IMG/VR virus record: IMGVR_UViG_3300037296_000055 | Location: 18,505-82,504 of that record | DNA: 64,000 nt | Direction: 5' to 3' (one strand) | DNA from: a virus | Shown here: in pieces, positions 1 through 7,782 of the stretch | Layout: each line of letters starts with the position of its first letter | How positions within the stretch are numbered: position 1 is the first letter of the stretch | The notes under the pieces: generated by a model | The model's input: the letters and a program-made list of their open reading frames with translations, nothing else | Databases searched by the model: none | Told to the model about the DNA's origin: nothing | Program-made: the position numbers and the translations under genes

Positions 1-4
1 GGCA

Positions 5-265
5 TCACAACAACCCCTGATGTTTGAGTTCCGCGTACCACGCAGGCTCTTGATAGCGCAGCTTATAGCGCCACATGATGCCGAACGAGGGCCGCTGAAG
101 GAACCACCAATCAGAGTGGTCGTCGTACACCGACATCGCGTTACCGATGGCGGCGATGGGAGAGGAGGTTATTGGCGACCCCTCCCAAAAGCCCGAAAGG
201 ATAAGACCGGGTCCTGAGTTCAAAGCCAGGAACCGATAGTTATCGATCCAGATCTGTGCCATCAC
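5..265 (-). CDS. hypothetical protein
   Basis: 86-aa ORF; overlaps the upstream gene by ATGA; part of the tightly packed minus-strand run. Confidence 0.55.
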   Translation of the reverse strand: MMAQIWIDNYRFLALNSGPGLILSGFWEGSPITSSPIAAIGNAMSVYDDHSDWWFLQRPSFGIMWRYKLRYQEPAWYAELKHQGLL

Positions 266-660
266 TCGATACCAAGCAACAGTTTCTTCAGGACCATCAG
301 GTCGCCATGAGCAACCTCAGAGTCCAGATCCGACACACGGTCAACGAGCTCGGCATGCTCCTTGGCCCAGGCCGTTTCAACAAAGTAGATGTCACCACCC
401 TCGTTGGTTGTTCCGACGAAGAAATAGATGTAAGTCCCATCCTTCGTGGCACCGCAGTTGTCCAGGACCCACTCATGCGAGTAGTCCGAGTAGAGCGCCT
501 CGTCCAGCGCTTCCCAGTCTTCAGGACCGTCCAGGATGCACAAGTCGCCCCCCATTGCTGCAGGTAGATCTTCGTTCTGGCCCAGGTCCTCGAAGTAGCT
601 GGCGACCAGAGCACGGATTGCGAACTCGGGGACTTGCTCAAGTTTGGTGTAACGCTGCAT
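262..660 (-). CDS. hypothetical acidic protein
   Basis: 132-aa ORF abutting neighbours on the minus strand. Confidence 0.7.
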   Translation of the reverse strand: MQRYTKLEQVPEFAIRALVASYFEDLGQNEDLPAAMGGDLCILDGPEDWEALDEALYSDYSHEWVLDNCGATKDGTYIYFFVGTTNEGGDIYFVETAWAKEHAELVDRVSDLDSEVAHGDLMVLKKLLLGIE

Positions 661-662
661 GA

Positions 663-869
663 TCAGGACTCGACTTTCTGGAAGAACAGGACGTTGGTCT
701 GGAAGAACTCCAGCGATTGGGTCGTGATGACATAGTTAGTGCCAGGATTGAAGATCTCATCCAGTCGGTCAGAGTCCAGGCGAACCTGGGTCATGCGGTG
801 GTACGGTGTGACCAGGTCTCCGATAGCGAGCTTGGAGTCTTGGTTCAGTGGTGTCGTCGATCCCATCAT
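663..869 (-). CDS. hypothetical protein
   Basis: 68 aa; AAGGAG RBS upstream; coupled to neighbours. Confidence 0.6.
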   Translation of the reverse strand: MMGSTTPLNQDSKLAIGDLVTPYHRMTQVRLDSDRLDEIFNPGTNYVITTQSLEFFQTNVLFFQKVES

Positions 870-1006
870 AGGGCTCCTTCGTTATTGTTGTTGTTGGCTT
901 CTTCGGCCAGGATTGCTTCCCAACGGCATTTCTTTGTGAACCAGTGGGAGGTATACATCGCTCCTGCCAGGACAAGGACGATGATCGATACGGTAAGATA
1001 AGTCAT
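866..1006 (-). CDS. small single-pass membrane protein (46 aa, not in ORF track)
   Basis: Translated by hand: MTYLTVSIIVLVLAGAMYTSHWF...; TAAGGAA RBS; ATGA overlap with the downstream gene. Confidence 0.55.
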   Translation of the reverse strand: MTYLTVSIIVLVLAGAMYTSHWFTKKCRWEAILAEEANNNNNEGAL

Positions 1007-1020
1007 TGGGAAGTTCCTTA

Positions 1021-1254
1021 TTAGGGGTTAGCGAGCCGCAGCTCGTGAGGGTAGCGGTTGAACAGTTCTTGGCTCCAGCTGGTGGAGTACTGTCCGACCT
1101 TGTTGCCTTTGTTGGAGCCAGACATCAGGCAGACGCCATGGCGACGTTCGTGGAACAAAACCACTAAACCATTCTCCGGAATGTAGCCCAGCCACGGGTA
1201 CTTGATAGGTTCTGGTAGAGGCGGGTCTCGCAGGATACGGGTGATCATGATCAT
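1021..1254 (-). CDS. small beta-rich phage protein (YP-x-L...G-x-V family)
   Basis: YPWL..GLVVLF..GVCL..G..F..Y..LRLAN pattern shared with other ORFs in the window; AAGGAGG RBS. Confidence 0.65.
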   Translation of the reverse strand: MIMITRILRDPPLPEPIKYPWLGYIPENGLVVLFHERRHGVCLMSGSNKGNKVGQYSTSWSQELFNRYPHELRLANP

Positions 1255-1276
1255 ACGCCTGCCTCCTTCAATTGTA

Positions 1277-1316
1277 GCTGATGTCCTTGTGGCATCGGCA
1301 TCTCCTTTTTTTTTTT
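1277..1316 (+). terminator. intrinsic terminator-like hairpin, antisense to the local genes
   Basis: GCTGATGTC-cttgt-GGCATCGGC 9-bp stem (G:U pairs form on the + strand), then atctcc and T11. Confidence 0.5.
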
Positions 1317-1325
1317 CCTTTAGAG

Positions 1326-1568
1326 TTACGTACGAACGTTGCTCATGGTCACAACGTCATCGGTCAGGTCCCAGTACTGGTGCTGGAGAGTCTTGATCAC
1401 CGTCCCTACCTCCTGGCAGGTAGCGCTGACACCTTGGGCCACAACAACATACTCGCCGTTGTTGGTGGCCATGACCACAGTCTCATGCTTACGATGCCGC
1501 ATCAGATACGGACGCTTTGGGACCTTGCCTGTGGGGGCGGGGGGTAGGCTTGTGCTCACTATAGGCAT
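1326..1568 (-). CDS. small beta-rich phage protein
   Basis: Start MPIVST; RPYLM..TVVM..VVV..G..W..VVTMSN pattern. Confidence 0.6.
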   Translation of the reverse strand: MPIVSTSLPPAPTGKVPKRPYLMRHRKHETVVMATNNGEYVVVAQGVSATCQEVGTVIKTLQHQYWDLTDDVVTMSNVRT

Positions 1569-1569
1569 C

Positions 1570-1905
1570 TCAGATCCCCACATTCACGATCACACGGACA
1601 CACTGCTCAGGGTTGCCCTCGAACAGACGATCGATCAGTGTGGCCTCACCGGTCCAGCAGAGGTTCTGCCAGAACTGAAGTGGTTCCTTCGTCCCTTTCG
1701 GGGTGAAGACGAGACCCAGCATGAACTCTTCAGGCTCAACACACTCGATCGTGTGCGTGGTGCTGGTGAACGGAACAAAGTCATCACAGCTCAGGGGGGC
1801 CGGGGCCTCAAAGTTTGAGAAGGACACCTCAGGGACAGTACCAGCGTCAAGACCTGGAAGTACGGTCATCACGAACATGATAGTGCTAAGTGTTGTGGAC
1901 ATCAT
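1570..1905 (-). CDS. hypothetical protein
   Basis: AAGGAGG RBS before ATG 1905; 111 aa. Confidence 0.6.
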   Translation of the reverse strand: MMSTTLSTIMFVMTVLPGLDAGTVPEVSFSNFEAPAPLSCDDFVPFTSTTHTIECVEPEEFMLGLVFTPKGTKEPLQFWQNLCWTGEATLIDRLFEGNPEQCVRVIVNVGI

Positions 1906-2188
1906 AGTCCTCCTTGAATTTGGCCCTGTCTTTGTAAGGGCCATTGATGGGTATGGAACCGGTGAACTTGAGCATCAACGGGAAGTTGTACTCAGAGTGC
2001 AGCCAGCAGTGATGCTTCTCCGACCAGGTTCCGTAGAACGTGTGGCCGTGGAAGTCGAGGTGCATTGGGCCCCAGTGACGTGGGATCCAAGCATTTTCAT
2101 AGTTGTACTCAGCGAGTTTTTTCTCGGAGACAACGTGGTGGAAGAGCCAAGCTTTACGCTTGACCCAGGACCAGAGTGAACCGGTCAT
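1886..2188 (-). CDS. hypothetical protein (Trp/His-rich)
   Basis: 100 aa; ATGA overlap with the upstream gene. Confidence 0.6.
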   Translation of the reverse strand: MTGSLWSWVKRKAWLFHHVVSEKKLAEYNYENAWIPRHWGPMHLDFHGHTFYGTWSEKHHCWLHSEYNFPLMLKFTGSIPINGPYKDRAKFKEDYDVHNT

Positions 2189-2790
2189 CCAGCCATCGAT
2201 CCTAACAGGAGCGTGGTATCCTCAGCCTTGACCCTTGCCTCAAGGACCTGAGGGTCTTCTGCCTTCCGTACCAGCACACACCAGTCTTCCGGCGCGTGGA
2301 GCAGGATGGTCTTGCTCGCGTCTTCACGATAGAGACCTGCCTTCTCATCCCAGCTTGCGCTGATCGAGCGACCGTCAGGCATTTCCACCATGATCTCCGG
2401 GAACTTGTGCTTGCAGAAGCGATCCCAGGAGCCCTGGATATCAAGGCCAAGATCATCGTCCACACCCAGCAGCCGTTCATCCCGGACACTTGGCTTTGCG
2501 GAGATGTCGACCCAGCGGTTAGGGACTAGGCCAACAAGGTGGTGAGGGTGGTTTGCGAAGCGATACGCATTCCAGGTGTTGTCCCACTCAAGCACGTGGG
2601 GCTCGCCACTCCCTGGGAACTGAACAACCACACGACGACACTTCCTTCCACAGAAGTTCATCCAGGCCAGGTCAGTGTCCACAGCGTCTTCAGCGAGCTG
2701 AGCTTCAGCAAGCTTCTGCAGGGTCTTACGACCGAACACGACAGACAGTAGCAAGAGGGAGAATAGTAGGGGGAAGAAACCATTGTTCAT
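2185..2790 (-). CDS. membrane-anchored protein with two W-x-x-F-C repeats
   Basis: AAGGAG RBS before ATG 2790; N-terminal TM segment; repeats WMNFCGRK.. and WDRFCKHKFP.. Confidence 0.7.
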   Translation of the reverse strand: MNNGFFPLLFSLLLLSVVFGRKTLQKLAEAQLAEDAVDTDLAWMNFCGRKCRRVVVQFPGSGEPHVLEWDNTWNAYRFANHPHHLVGLVPNRWVDISAKPSVRDERLLGVDDDLGLDIQGSWDRFCKHKFPEIMVEMPDGRSISASWDEKAGLYREDASKTILLHAPEDWCVLVRKAEDPQVLEARVKAEDTTLLLGSMAG

Positions 2791-2824
2791 CACAGAACTC
2801 CTTATGGTAGGTTGGGTTGGGTTG

Positions 2825-3145
2825 TTATACGTTAGCCGCAGCTTCACCGATCAGGTGGTAGGTCAGGTTAGCGGCACCGGGATAAGCCTCACGGGCCAGC
2901 TCTTCTGACGTGTAGAGGACCGTGCTGTAGACGTTGCTGCCCCGCATGATGATCCAGCTCTCCTTGACCTCGGTGTCGCTGACGGAAGTCGCCACTGCTA
3001 GAGAACGGAACTCGCCAGGAGTTCGCTCAGACTCCTTGACCAACCGGCCAGAGGTCTGAGAAATCATGATCCGGCGACCACTGTTCATGGTGTGGATCAC
3101 GTCGAAATTGGCGATGTAGCCGCCGGTGCTTCTGAGCTTAACCAT
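2825..3145 (-). CDS. hypothetical protein
   Basis: Start MVKLRS overlaps the stop of the lipoprotein gene. Confidence 0.55.
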   Translation of the reverse strand: MVKLRSTGGYIANFDVIHTMNSGRRIMISQTSGRLVKESERTPGEFRSLAVATSVSDTEVKESWIIMRGSNVYSTVLYTSEELAREAYPGAANLTYHLIGEAAANV

Positions 3146-3554
3146 TGTCAGACACCGGAACATCAGTGGTGGAGCCCTTGAAGTCGACATCAGGGATGAC
3201 CGACTGCGGACGGAACACGACCTTGTAGTGGTACTCGGACACGTCGATAGCATCGATCTGTTCGGCAAAGTAGGTCACGTTGTCAGAGAGACCCAGGTAG
3301 TGTTTCTTGTACTCGTCAGGGCCGACCTTGCAGGTGACCTTCAGGCTGGTGCCGATGTCCAGAGAGCACTTACCCTCGACCACCAGGATGTACGAGTCGG
3401 TGATACCGTTGTAGAACACGATACGCCGTTCAACACCGAAGTTCGATGCGGACTGCGACAGGTTGCGTGAGGCCACTGAGGCAGCATCATCACAGGCGAC
3501 CAGAGCGGCCAGAGCGAGCAGGGCAATGCCTGCGTTACGAAGGATCTTCTTCAT
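3138..3554 (-). CDS. conserved phage lipoprotein
   Basis: Lipobox LVAC; ASRNLS..NF..RRIVFYNGITD..EGKC and HYLGLSDNVTYF..Q motifs of a widespread phage lipoprotein family. Confidence 0.8.
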   Translation of the reverse strand: MKKILRNAGIALLALAALVACDDAASVASRNLSQSASNFGVERRIVFYNGITDSYILVVEGKCSLDIGTSLKVTCKVGPDEYKKHYLGLSDNVTYFAEQIDAIDVSEYHYKVVFRPQSVIPDVDFKGSTTDVPVSDNG

Positions 3555-3928
3555 TTGTAGGACTCTTTCTTTTCCAGTAGAGCATTGAGCTCTTGTTGAT
3601 TTTTAGAAGGTGGTCTCGACACGATATCAAACCCCGATGGGATCTGAACTGCTTCAAAGCGGTATGGAGCCTTCGAGAGGTACCTATGACTGTAGGAGTC
3701 ATAACCGTCTAGGCGAGGGACCCACATCCACAGGACAGGGTCACAGGTCTTTGTTTCCCACACAAGCACCAGGGGGTGTTTGCGGGTCTGGAACTTTGCC
3801 CACACTTCTTTACGTGTGCGGTATTCCTCGGCCTTCTTCATCTCCAAGAGTTTATACTTGAAGATCTGCTGTCGGATCCAGAGGAAGACGTACAGGATGA
3901 TCAGCAGTGTCCACAGAGCAGCTTCCAT
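3551..3928 (-). CDS. membrane-anchored W-x-x-F family protein
   Basis: GGAGGT RBS; TM segment then WAKFQTRKHP..W..Y..L..PYRF. Confidence 0.7.
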   Translation of the reverse strand: MEAALWTLLIILYVFLWIRQQIFKYKLLEMKKAEEYRTRKEVWAKFQTRKHPLVLVWETKTCDPVLWMWVPRLDGYDSYSHRYLSKAPYRFEAVQIPSGFDIVSRPPSKNQQELNALLEKKESYK

Positions 3929-3929
3929 C

Positions 3930-4280
3930 TTACAGGTTACCTCCACGGATGTTGAGCCAGCTCGGAAGTGGGATGTGCTCCCAACGGTAGGGCACCCGTG
4001 TTAGGGCATGGCCGTCGTAGTCCTGGTAGTTGCCGATGGCCACGTTCCAGTAGTAGTGCTCGGGATCAGAAGCCCCGTAGAGCCTGATCTCGATGATCGG
4101 ATGACGGTGCTTACAAAACGTCTTCCAGTTGGCAGCACGTTCTTCGTCCCTCCGTACCTCCGCCCGACGCTCTTCAGCCTCGGACAGTCGGTGTAGTGTG
4201 AGGATGATCCAGAACAACACTGCAAAGAACAGCAGCATCATGGAACCTACCACAAGGTTTATCAGGGTAAGGTCTGTCAT
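3930..4280 (-). CDS. membrane-anchored W-x-x-F-C family protein
   Basis: TM segment then WKTFCKHRHP..W..Y..L..PYRW. Confidence 0.7.
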   Translation of the reverse strand: MTDLTLINLVVGSMMLLFFAVLFWIILTLHRLSEAEERRAEVRRDEERAANWKTFCKHRHPIIEIRLYGASDPEHYYWNVAIGNYQDYDGHALTRVPYRWEHIPLPSWLNIRGGNL

Positions 4281-4325
4281 CTCACGTTCCTTGTATCAAG
4301 ACTGGTGATGGCGAGTCGCTGGGGC

Positions 4326-4688
4326 TCATGACCCCTTCCCCTCTTTGATGTACCATCCCTCTGTCTGGGACAGTTTGAGGCCAGGGATCCGAATACCGGC
4401 AATCTCCAACGCGGCAAACTGCTCAGCCCGGAACCGGTTGAACTCCATCCGCTTCTGCAGACGGGGTATCCAGTCAGGAACCAACATCATGGAGAAGAGG
4501 ACATCCCCGAACTCCTCGATGATCCGAGCAGTGCCCTCCTGGTTGTCGATTGACTCTCCGAGCTCTCCCAGTTCCTCATCAAGCTTACGACGAGCGTAGC
4601 CTGCCTTACCCAGCCGAGCCTTGCGCTCCTCCTGGGCCTTGCTGAAAGTATAGAGATCCTTGAGGAACTCTTTGTTGAAAGTGTCCAT
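4326..4688 (-). CDS. MazG-like nucleotide pyrophosphohydrolase
   Basis: KLDEELGEL...IIEEFGDVLF, the EExxE...ExxD MazG motif. Confidence 0.75.
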   Translation of the reverse strand: MDTFNKEFLKDLYTFSKAQEERKARLGKAGYARRKLDEELGELGESIDNQEGTARIIEEFGDVLFSMMLVPDWIPRLQKRMEFNRFRAEQFAALEIAGIRIPGLKLSQTEGWYIKEGKGS

Positions 4689-4797
4689 AGTGGGTTGTAC
4701 TCCATCAAAGGTGTGTGTGTGTTAGGTAGTGTGGGGTGAGGGCTTTAGCCTCGTTGTCATCGTGTAACCTCATGGGGTTAGAGTTCTTTGTTGGGTT

Positions 4798-4842
4798 AGA
4801 AGATCATTCTTCTATTATAGATACACCCTTTTCCTCACTTTT
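4798..4842 (-). promoter_or_regulatory. class A promoter-like repeat, copy 1
   Basis: 41/45 nt identical to 5809-5853; minus strand reads AAAAGTGAGGAA-N4-GTGTATCTATAATAGAAGAATGATCTTCT; intergenic, upstream of the MazG-like gene. Confidence 0.7.
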
Positions 4843-4847
4843 CTGGG

Positions 4848-5084
4848 CTATTTCCGGGAGTTCCGCAGGACCACCTTGCCGAAGTAGTTCCGCCAGTGTG
4901 GGCCCTCAGCATCCTCCCGCTTGTAGTGGTTGAAGACCTTAGGGAGCGTCAGAGCCTCCGCAGGGGACACCCAGAGCACGAGTCCTGACAGCTTGTTGAA
5001 CATGTGCAAGATGCTACCGTCCGGGGTCACCTTGAGGCAGGGGTAAGGTGTTAGGCTGACCTTCAGCTTGACCTTGACGCTCAT
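4848..5084 (-). CDS. small beta-rich phage protein
   Basis: YPCL..GSILHM..GLVL..YFGKVVLRN pattern. Confidence 0.65.
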   Translation of the reverse strand: MSVKVKLKVSLTPYPCLKVTPDGSILHMFNKLSGLVLWVSPAEALTLPKVFNHYKREDAEGPHWRNYFGKVVLRNSRK

Positions 5085-5428
5085 CCCAGGAACCTCCCCA
5101 GAATGGTCACATGACGGAGTTCGATCTTTTCGATCGTGTGGACCCCCTCTTGCCCGTGAGGTACTAGGTCGGAGAAGATGTCCAACTCCTCCTCGGTCAG
5201 GGTGGGATACACACTCTCACGGGTCTCACCACCACGGAAGTGGCCCCAGTTGTACAGGTGTGGTTGGTTTACGGAACGCTCCCGGATCAGGTCTGAGACC
5301 TTTTGCACGAGGGCAAGAGTCTCCAGTCCCTCCTTGTTGTCCGGTATCACGGTCTCCTGGGTCACGTAGTCCGCATCGTTCTCGTCGGCTTTCACCAGAA
5401 GGAAAGTCTGTGTTGTCTTGTCGCTCAT
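5081..5428 (-). CDS. hypothetical protein
   Basis: Start MSDKTT by ATGA overlap with the upstream gene. Confidence 0.65.
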   Translation of the reverse strand: MSDKTTQTFLLVKADENDADYVTQETVIPDNKEGLETLALVQKVSDLIRERSVNQPHLYNWGHFRGGETRESVYPTLTEEELDIFSDLVPHGQEGVHTIEKIELRHVTILGRFLG

Positions 5429-5766
5429 GTTGTGGGGTTCTCCGTGGTTGTGGGGGTGGGGGTGGACCTGGCGCCGGTGCTGTACCAGGCCCAGGCCGTA
5501 GCAGCGTCCTCGAAAGAAATGGCCGACTCCGGACACTGCCGTAGCCCGTGGGCCTTCTTGAACAGGAGCAGGAGGTAGGCCAACTGTTGGAACTGCTGGA
5601 GGGTATTGACCTCACCGTGCAGGAACAGGTTGATGTGGTTCTCAGGATCGCCCTCGGCAGGTACGAGGGGCTCGCGGGTGTAGGCGTAGTAGCCTCCCCC
5701 GAACAGACCGCCCTGGTCGAAGTAGAGGAACAAACGTCGTGGTGTGTCTTGGCTGATGCTGGTCAT
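5425..5766 (-). CDS. hypothetical protein, first gene after class A promoter
   Basis: 113 aa; GGAG RBS inside a 17-nt repeated leader. Confidence 0.7.
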   Translation of the reverse strand: MTSISQDTPRRLFLYFDQGGLFGGGYYAYTREPLVPAEGDPENHINLFLHGEVNTLQQFQQLAYLLLLFKKAHGLRQCPESAISFEDAATAWAWYSTGARSTPTPTTTENPTT

Positions 5767-5808
5767 GGTGTAGGTTACTCCATCAAAGGTGTTGTTGTTG
5801 TTGTGGTC

Positions 5809-5853
5809 AGAAGATCATTCTTCTATTATAGATACACTAAATTCCTCACTTTT
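5809..5853 (-). promoter_or_regulatory. class A promoter-like repeat, copy 2
   Basis: Near-identical to 4798-4842; heads the minus-strand gene block. Confidence 0.7.
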
Positions 5854-5864
5854 TACCACGTTTC

Positions 5865-5886
5865 TACCAGGGGACGTTATATGATA
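5865..5886 (+). promoter_or_regulatory. class B phage-RNAP promoter-like repeat, copy 1
   Basis: TACCAGGGGACGTTATATGATA, identical at 5911 and 23300. Confidence 0.75.
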
Positions 5887-5910
5887 TAGGAGTCCCAAAA
5901 CCGGTAGTTT

Positions 5911-5932
5911 TACCAGGGGACGTTATATGATA
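5911..5932 (+). promoter_or_regulatory. class B phage-RNAP promoter-like repeat, copy 2
   Basis: Identical 22-mer 46 bp after copy 1, followed by AGGG. Confidence 0.75.
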
Positions 5933-5986
5933 AGGGTGCCTCGGTTCCCTCATCGGTGGTCCTGACCATCAAGATAAATCAGGCTC

Positions 5987-6196
5987 TGTGACCAGACTCT
6001 TAGGGTAAGGTATCAGAAGAAGTATCTAAGCTCCACGGGGCGAGGGTCTGCCGAGGGTCACCTGAATGACAACTTGGTAAGGCGGGATGACTCAGCAGAG
6101 AGTTGTCCGAGGGAAGTAATGTCAGGTCTACTGTTACCCCGGTCCCCCTCCTTTATGATACTTCTTCTGATGCTTTACCCAGTAGAGAGGGTCATA
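5987..6196 (+). ncRNA. putative structured RNA (long closing stem, multibranch core)
   Basis: 24-bp stem 6003-6026/6157-6180 with two G:U pairs, enclosing four hairpins; no supported ORF; lies directly after the tandem promoters. Confidence 0.55.
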
Positions 6197-6305
6197 TAGG
6201 ATGTCCGAGGCTTATGAAGTAACCTCCTCATTCATCCTTCATCATCCATTCCTATACTACATCCTTCATCATACATCATCACCACACATAAGGTAATACA
6301 CCCAC

Positions 6306-6458
6306 ATGACTTACTCCACATACTTCGCCGGTGCCAACTCTGCTCCAACAGCCAGCGTTGCACCTGATGAACAACAACAACCCAACACCACAACTAAACA
6401 ACCTATCACCAGCTACTCCGAGTACTTCGGTGAAGCGGTGAAAACCATGCTGAAATAA
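6306..6458 (+). CDS. small hypothetical protein (50 aa, not in ORF track)
   Basis: TAAGGT RBS; MTYSTYFAGANS...SYSEYFGEAVKTMLK. Confidence 0.5.
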   Translation: MTYSTYFAGANSAPTASVAPDEQQQPNTTTKQPITSYSEYFGEAVKTMLK

Positions 6459-6470
6459 GGAAACCTGATC

Positions 6471-6878
6471 ATGGCACGAGGACTCGACGAAAAAGACATC
6501 GCTAAGGTGACGAAGCAAGAGAAGGGTAAACGGCTCGGAGGTCGTCCCAAAGGGGGCAAGAACCGGTTTAACTGGAACGCTGTACGCCAGATGGAAGATG
6601 CCGGGTTCGACCCCATTGAGAAGATGATGGAGCTCTATCTGATCCTCCATGAAGAGATCGTGGCAGTCCGTGAGCGGGAGGGTAAACTTACCTACACCAG
6701 CTCCAGTCTTGTCACCTCAGCACGACAGATCCTTGAGACTCTGGCCCAGTATGGCTACCTCAAACGTCGTCCTGATATCGAAGATCCTGAAGCGATGGAT
6801 CCCCTGTCGATCAAGCTTGTGCTGGTCCAGGAACAACCACGGGTGAAGGCTGAGCCTGACCCTAGCACTGAGGAATAA
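6471..6878 (+). CDS. terS: putative terminase small subunit
   Basis: GGRPKGGKNR basic motif then GFDPIEKM helical region; upstream of TerL. Confidence 0.6.
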   Translation: MARGLDEKDIAKVTKQEKGKRLGGRPKGGKNRFNWNAVRQMEDAGFDPIEKMMELYLILHEEIVAVREREGKLTYTSSSLVTSARQILETLAQYGYLKRRPDIEDPEAMDPLSIKLVLVQEQPRVKAEPDPSTEE

Positions 6879-6886
6879 TAAGCATA

Positions 6887-7195
6887 ATGACCATCCGCCT
6901 GATGATACGCCAACCTGACTGGGACGAGCAGACGTTCGTTCCCTTCGACTATGATATTGGTGATGAGGACACGGAGACGAAAGCTCTGGAGCTGTTCCAA
7001 CAACGTAAGCCAGGACCGCTGGACCGTCGTGTACAGAAAGACTTTTCGAAGCTGTTCCCTGAGGGTCTCTGGGTGGTCAGTGGCATGATCATGGAGTTTG
7101 ATGATGACGGTTATCCGTTGTTTGACCATGACGAAGATACGGGTGAGCGGATTATCCCTGACCCTGTAGAAATTCATAAAGGATACTTTCACTGA
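6887..7195 (+). CDS. hypothetical protein
   Basis: 102-aa acidic ORF with GAGG RBS. Confidence 0.65.
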   Translation: MTIRLMIRQPDWDEQTFVPFDYDIGDEDTETKALELFQQRKPGPLDRRVQKDFSKLFPEGLWVVSGMIMEFDDDGYPLFDHDEDTGERIIPDPVEIHKGYFH

Positions 7196-7347
7196 TGAGT
7201 AGTAGTAATACAACTGTAAATAAATCAGGCACCTACGCCGCTCTTGCTGCGGGCTTCGTGTTCTGTGTGGGCTATGTTGTGGGCAAAATTGCTCAGGGCA
7301 TGATCCTTGGCATCGGGGTGGCTATTACCCTGCACCTACTGGGCTAG
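7195..7347 (+). CDS. small membrane protein (50 aa, not in ORF track)
   Basis: TGATG overlap; hydrophobic YAALAAGFVFCVGYVVG..MILGIGVAITLHLLG. Confidence 0.5.
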   Translation: MSSSNTTVNKSGTYAALAAGFVFCVGYVVGKIAQGMILGIGVAITLHLLG

Positions 7348-7602
7348 AGCGCCAACCTCTGACACCAGAGGATAGTACCTCCCCCACCACCATCACTCCC
7401 CCCATCCTCAAGGAGACTTCTACTGCTATGGCACACTCTCATGCACCATTGTACAGTGAAAGCGAGGTGATCCGGTATCTCCAAGTACGTCTCTAAAGGA
7501 CACTACTTGGTCAAGGTGCCGAGCCGTTCCTCTAACGTTGATCCGGCACACCCCCACTCGTCTCTACCCCCATCATAACAACCCCCTTGAAAGAACCACA
7601 TC

Positions 7603-7776
7603 ATGTTTAAAGATAACACACCTGTAGAAGAAGTCGTAGTCGCCAAGACCGCCGCTGTTGCACCCAAGCGCTCCAAGGAAGTCCTTGACGCTGTTGATGT
7701 TGTGACGCGTGAGCTGTCTGACATTCCTGGTGGGGATAACATCTCCAACCACATCCGAGCCTTGCTGGAAGTGTAA
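7603..7776 (+). CDS. small hypothetical protein (57 aa, not in ORF track)
   Basis: MFKDNTPVEEVVVAK...; ends 6 nt before TerL. Confidence 0.55.
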   Translation: MFKDNTPVEEVVVAKTAAVAPKRSKEVLDAVDVVTRELSDIPGGDNISNHIRALLEV

Positions 7777-7782
7777 CACACC

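Noticed and set aside
4711-5804. (GT)n and (GTT)n microsatellite-like runs at 4711-4722 and 5789-5804
   Set aside because: On the coding strand they are AC-rich unstructured leaders before an RBS (similar runs precede the capsid and chaperone genes); too short to suggest phase variation.
5865-5932. Two identical 22-mers with a 24-nt spacer as a mini CRISPR array
   Set aside because: Only two adjacent copies, not palindromic, isolated copies head other operons, and no cas genes are present; a promoter fits better.
5987-6196. tRNA or self-splicing intron interpretation of the multibranch structure
   Set aside because: No T-loop/D-loop consensus or CCA end, no group I/II core motifs recognised, and it does not interrupt a gene.
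7350-7600. Small hairpins and a 22-codon ORF between terS and terL
   Set aside because: Too short to support; no tRNA cloverleaf.
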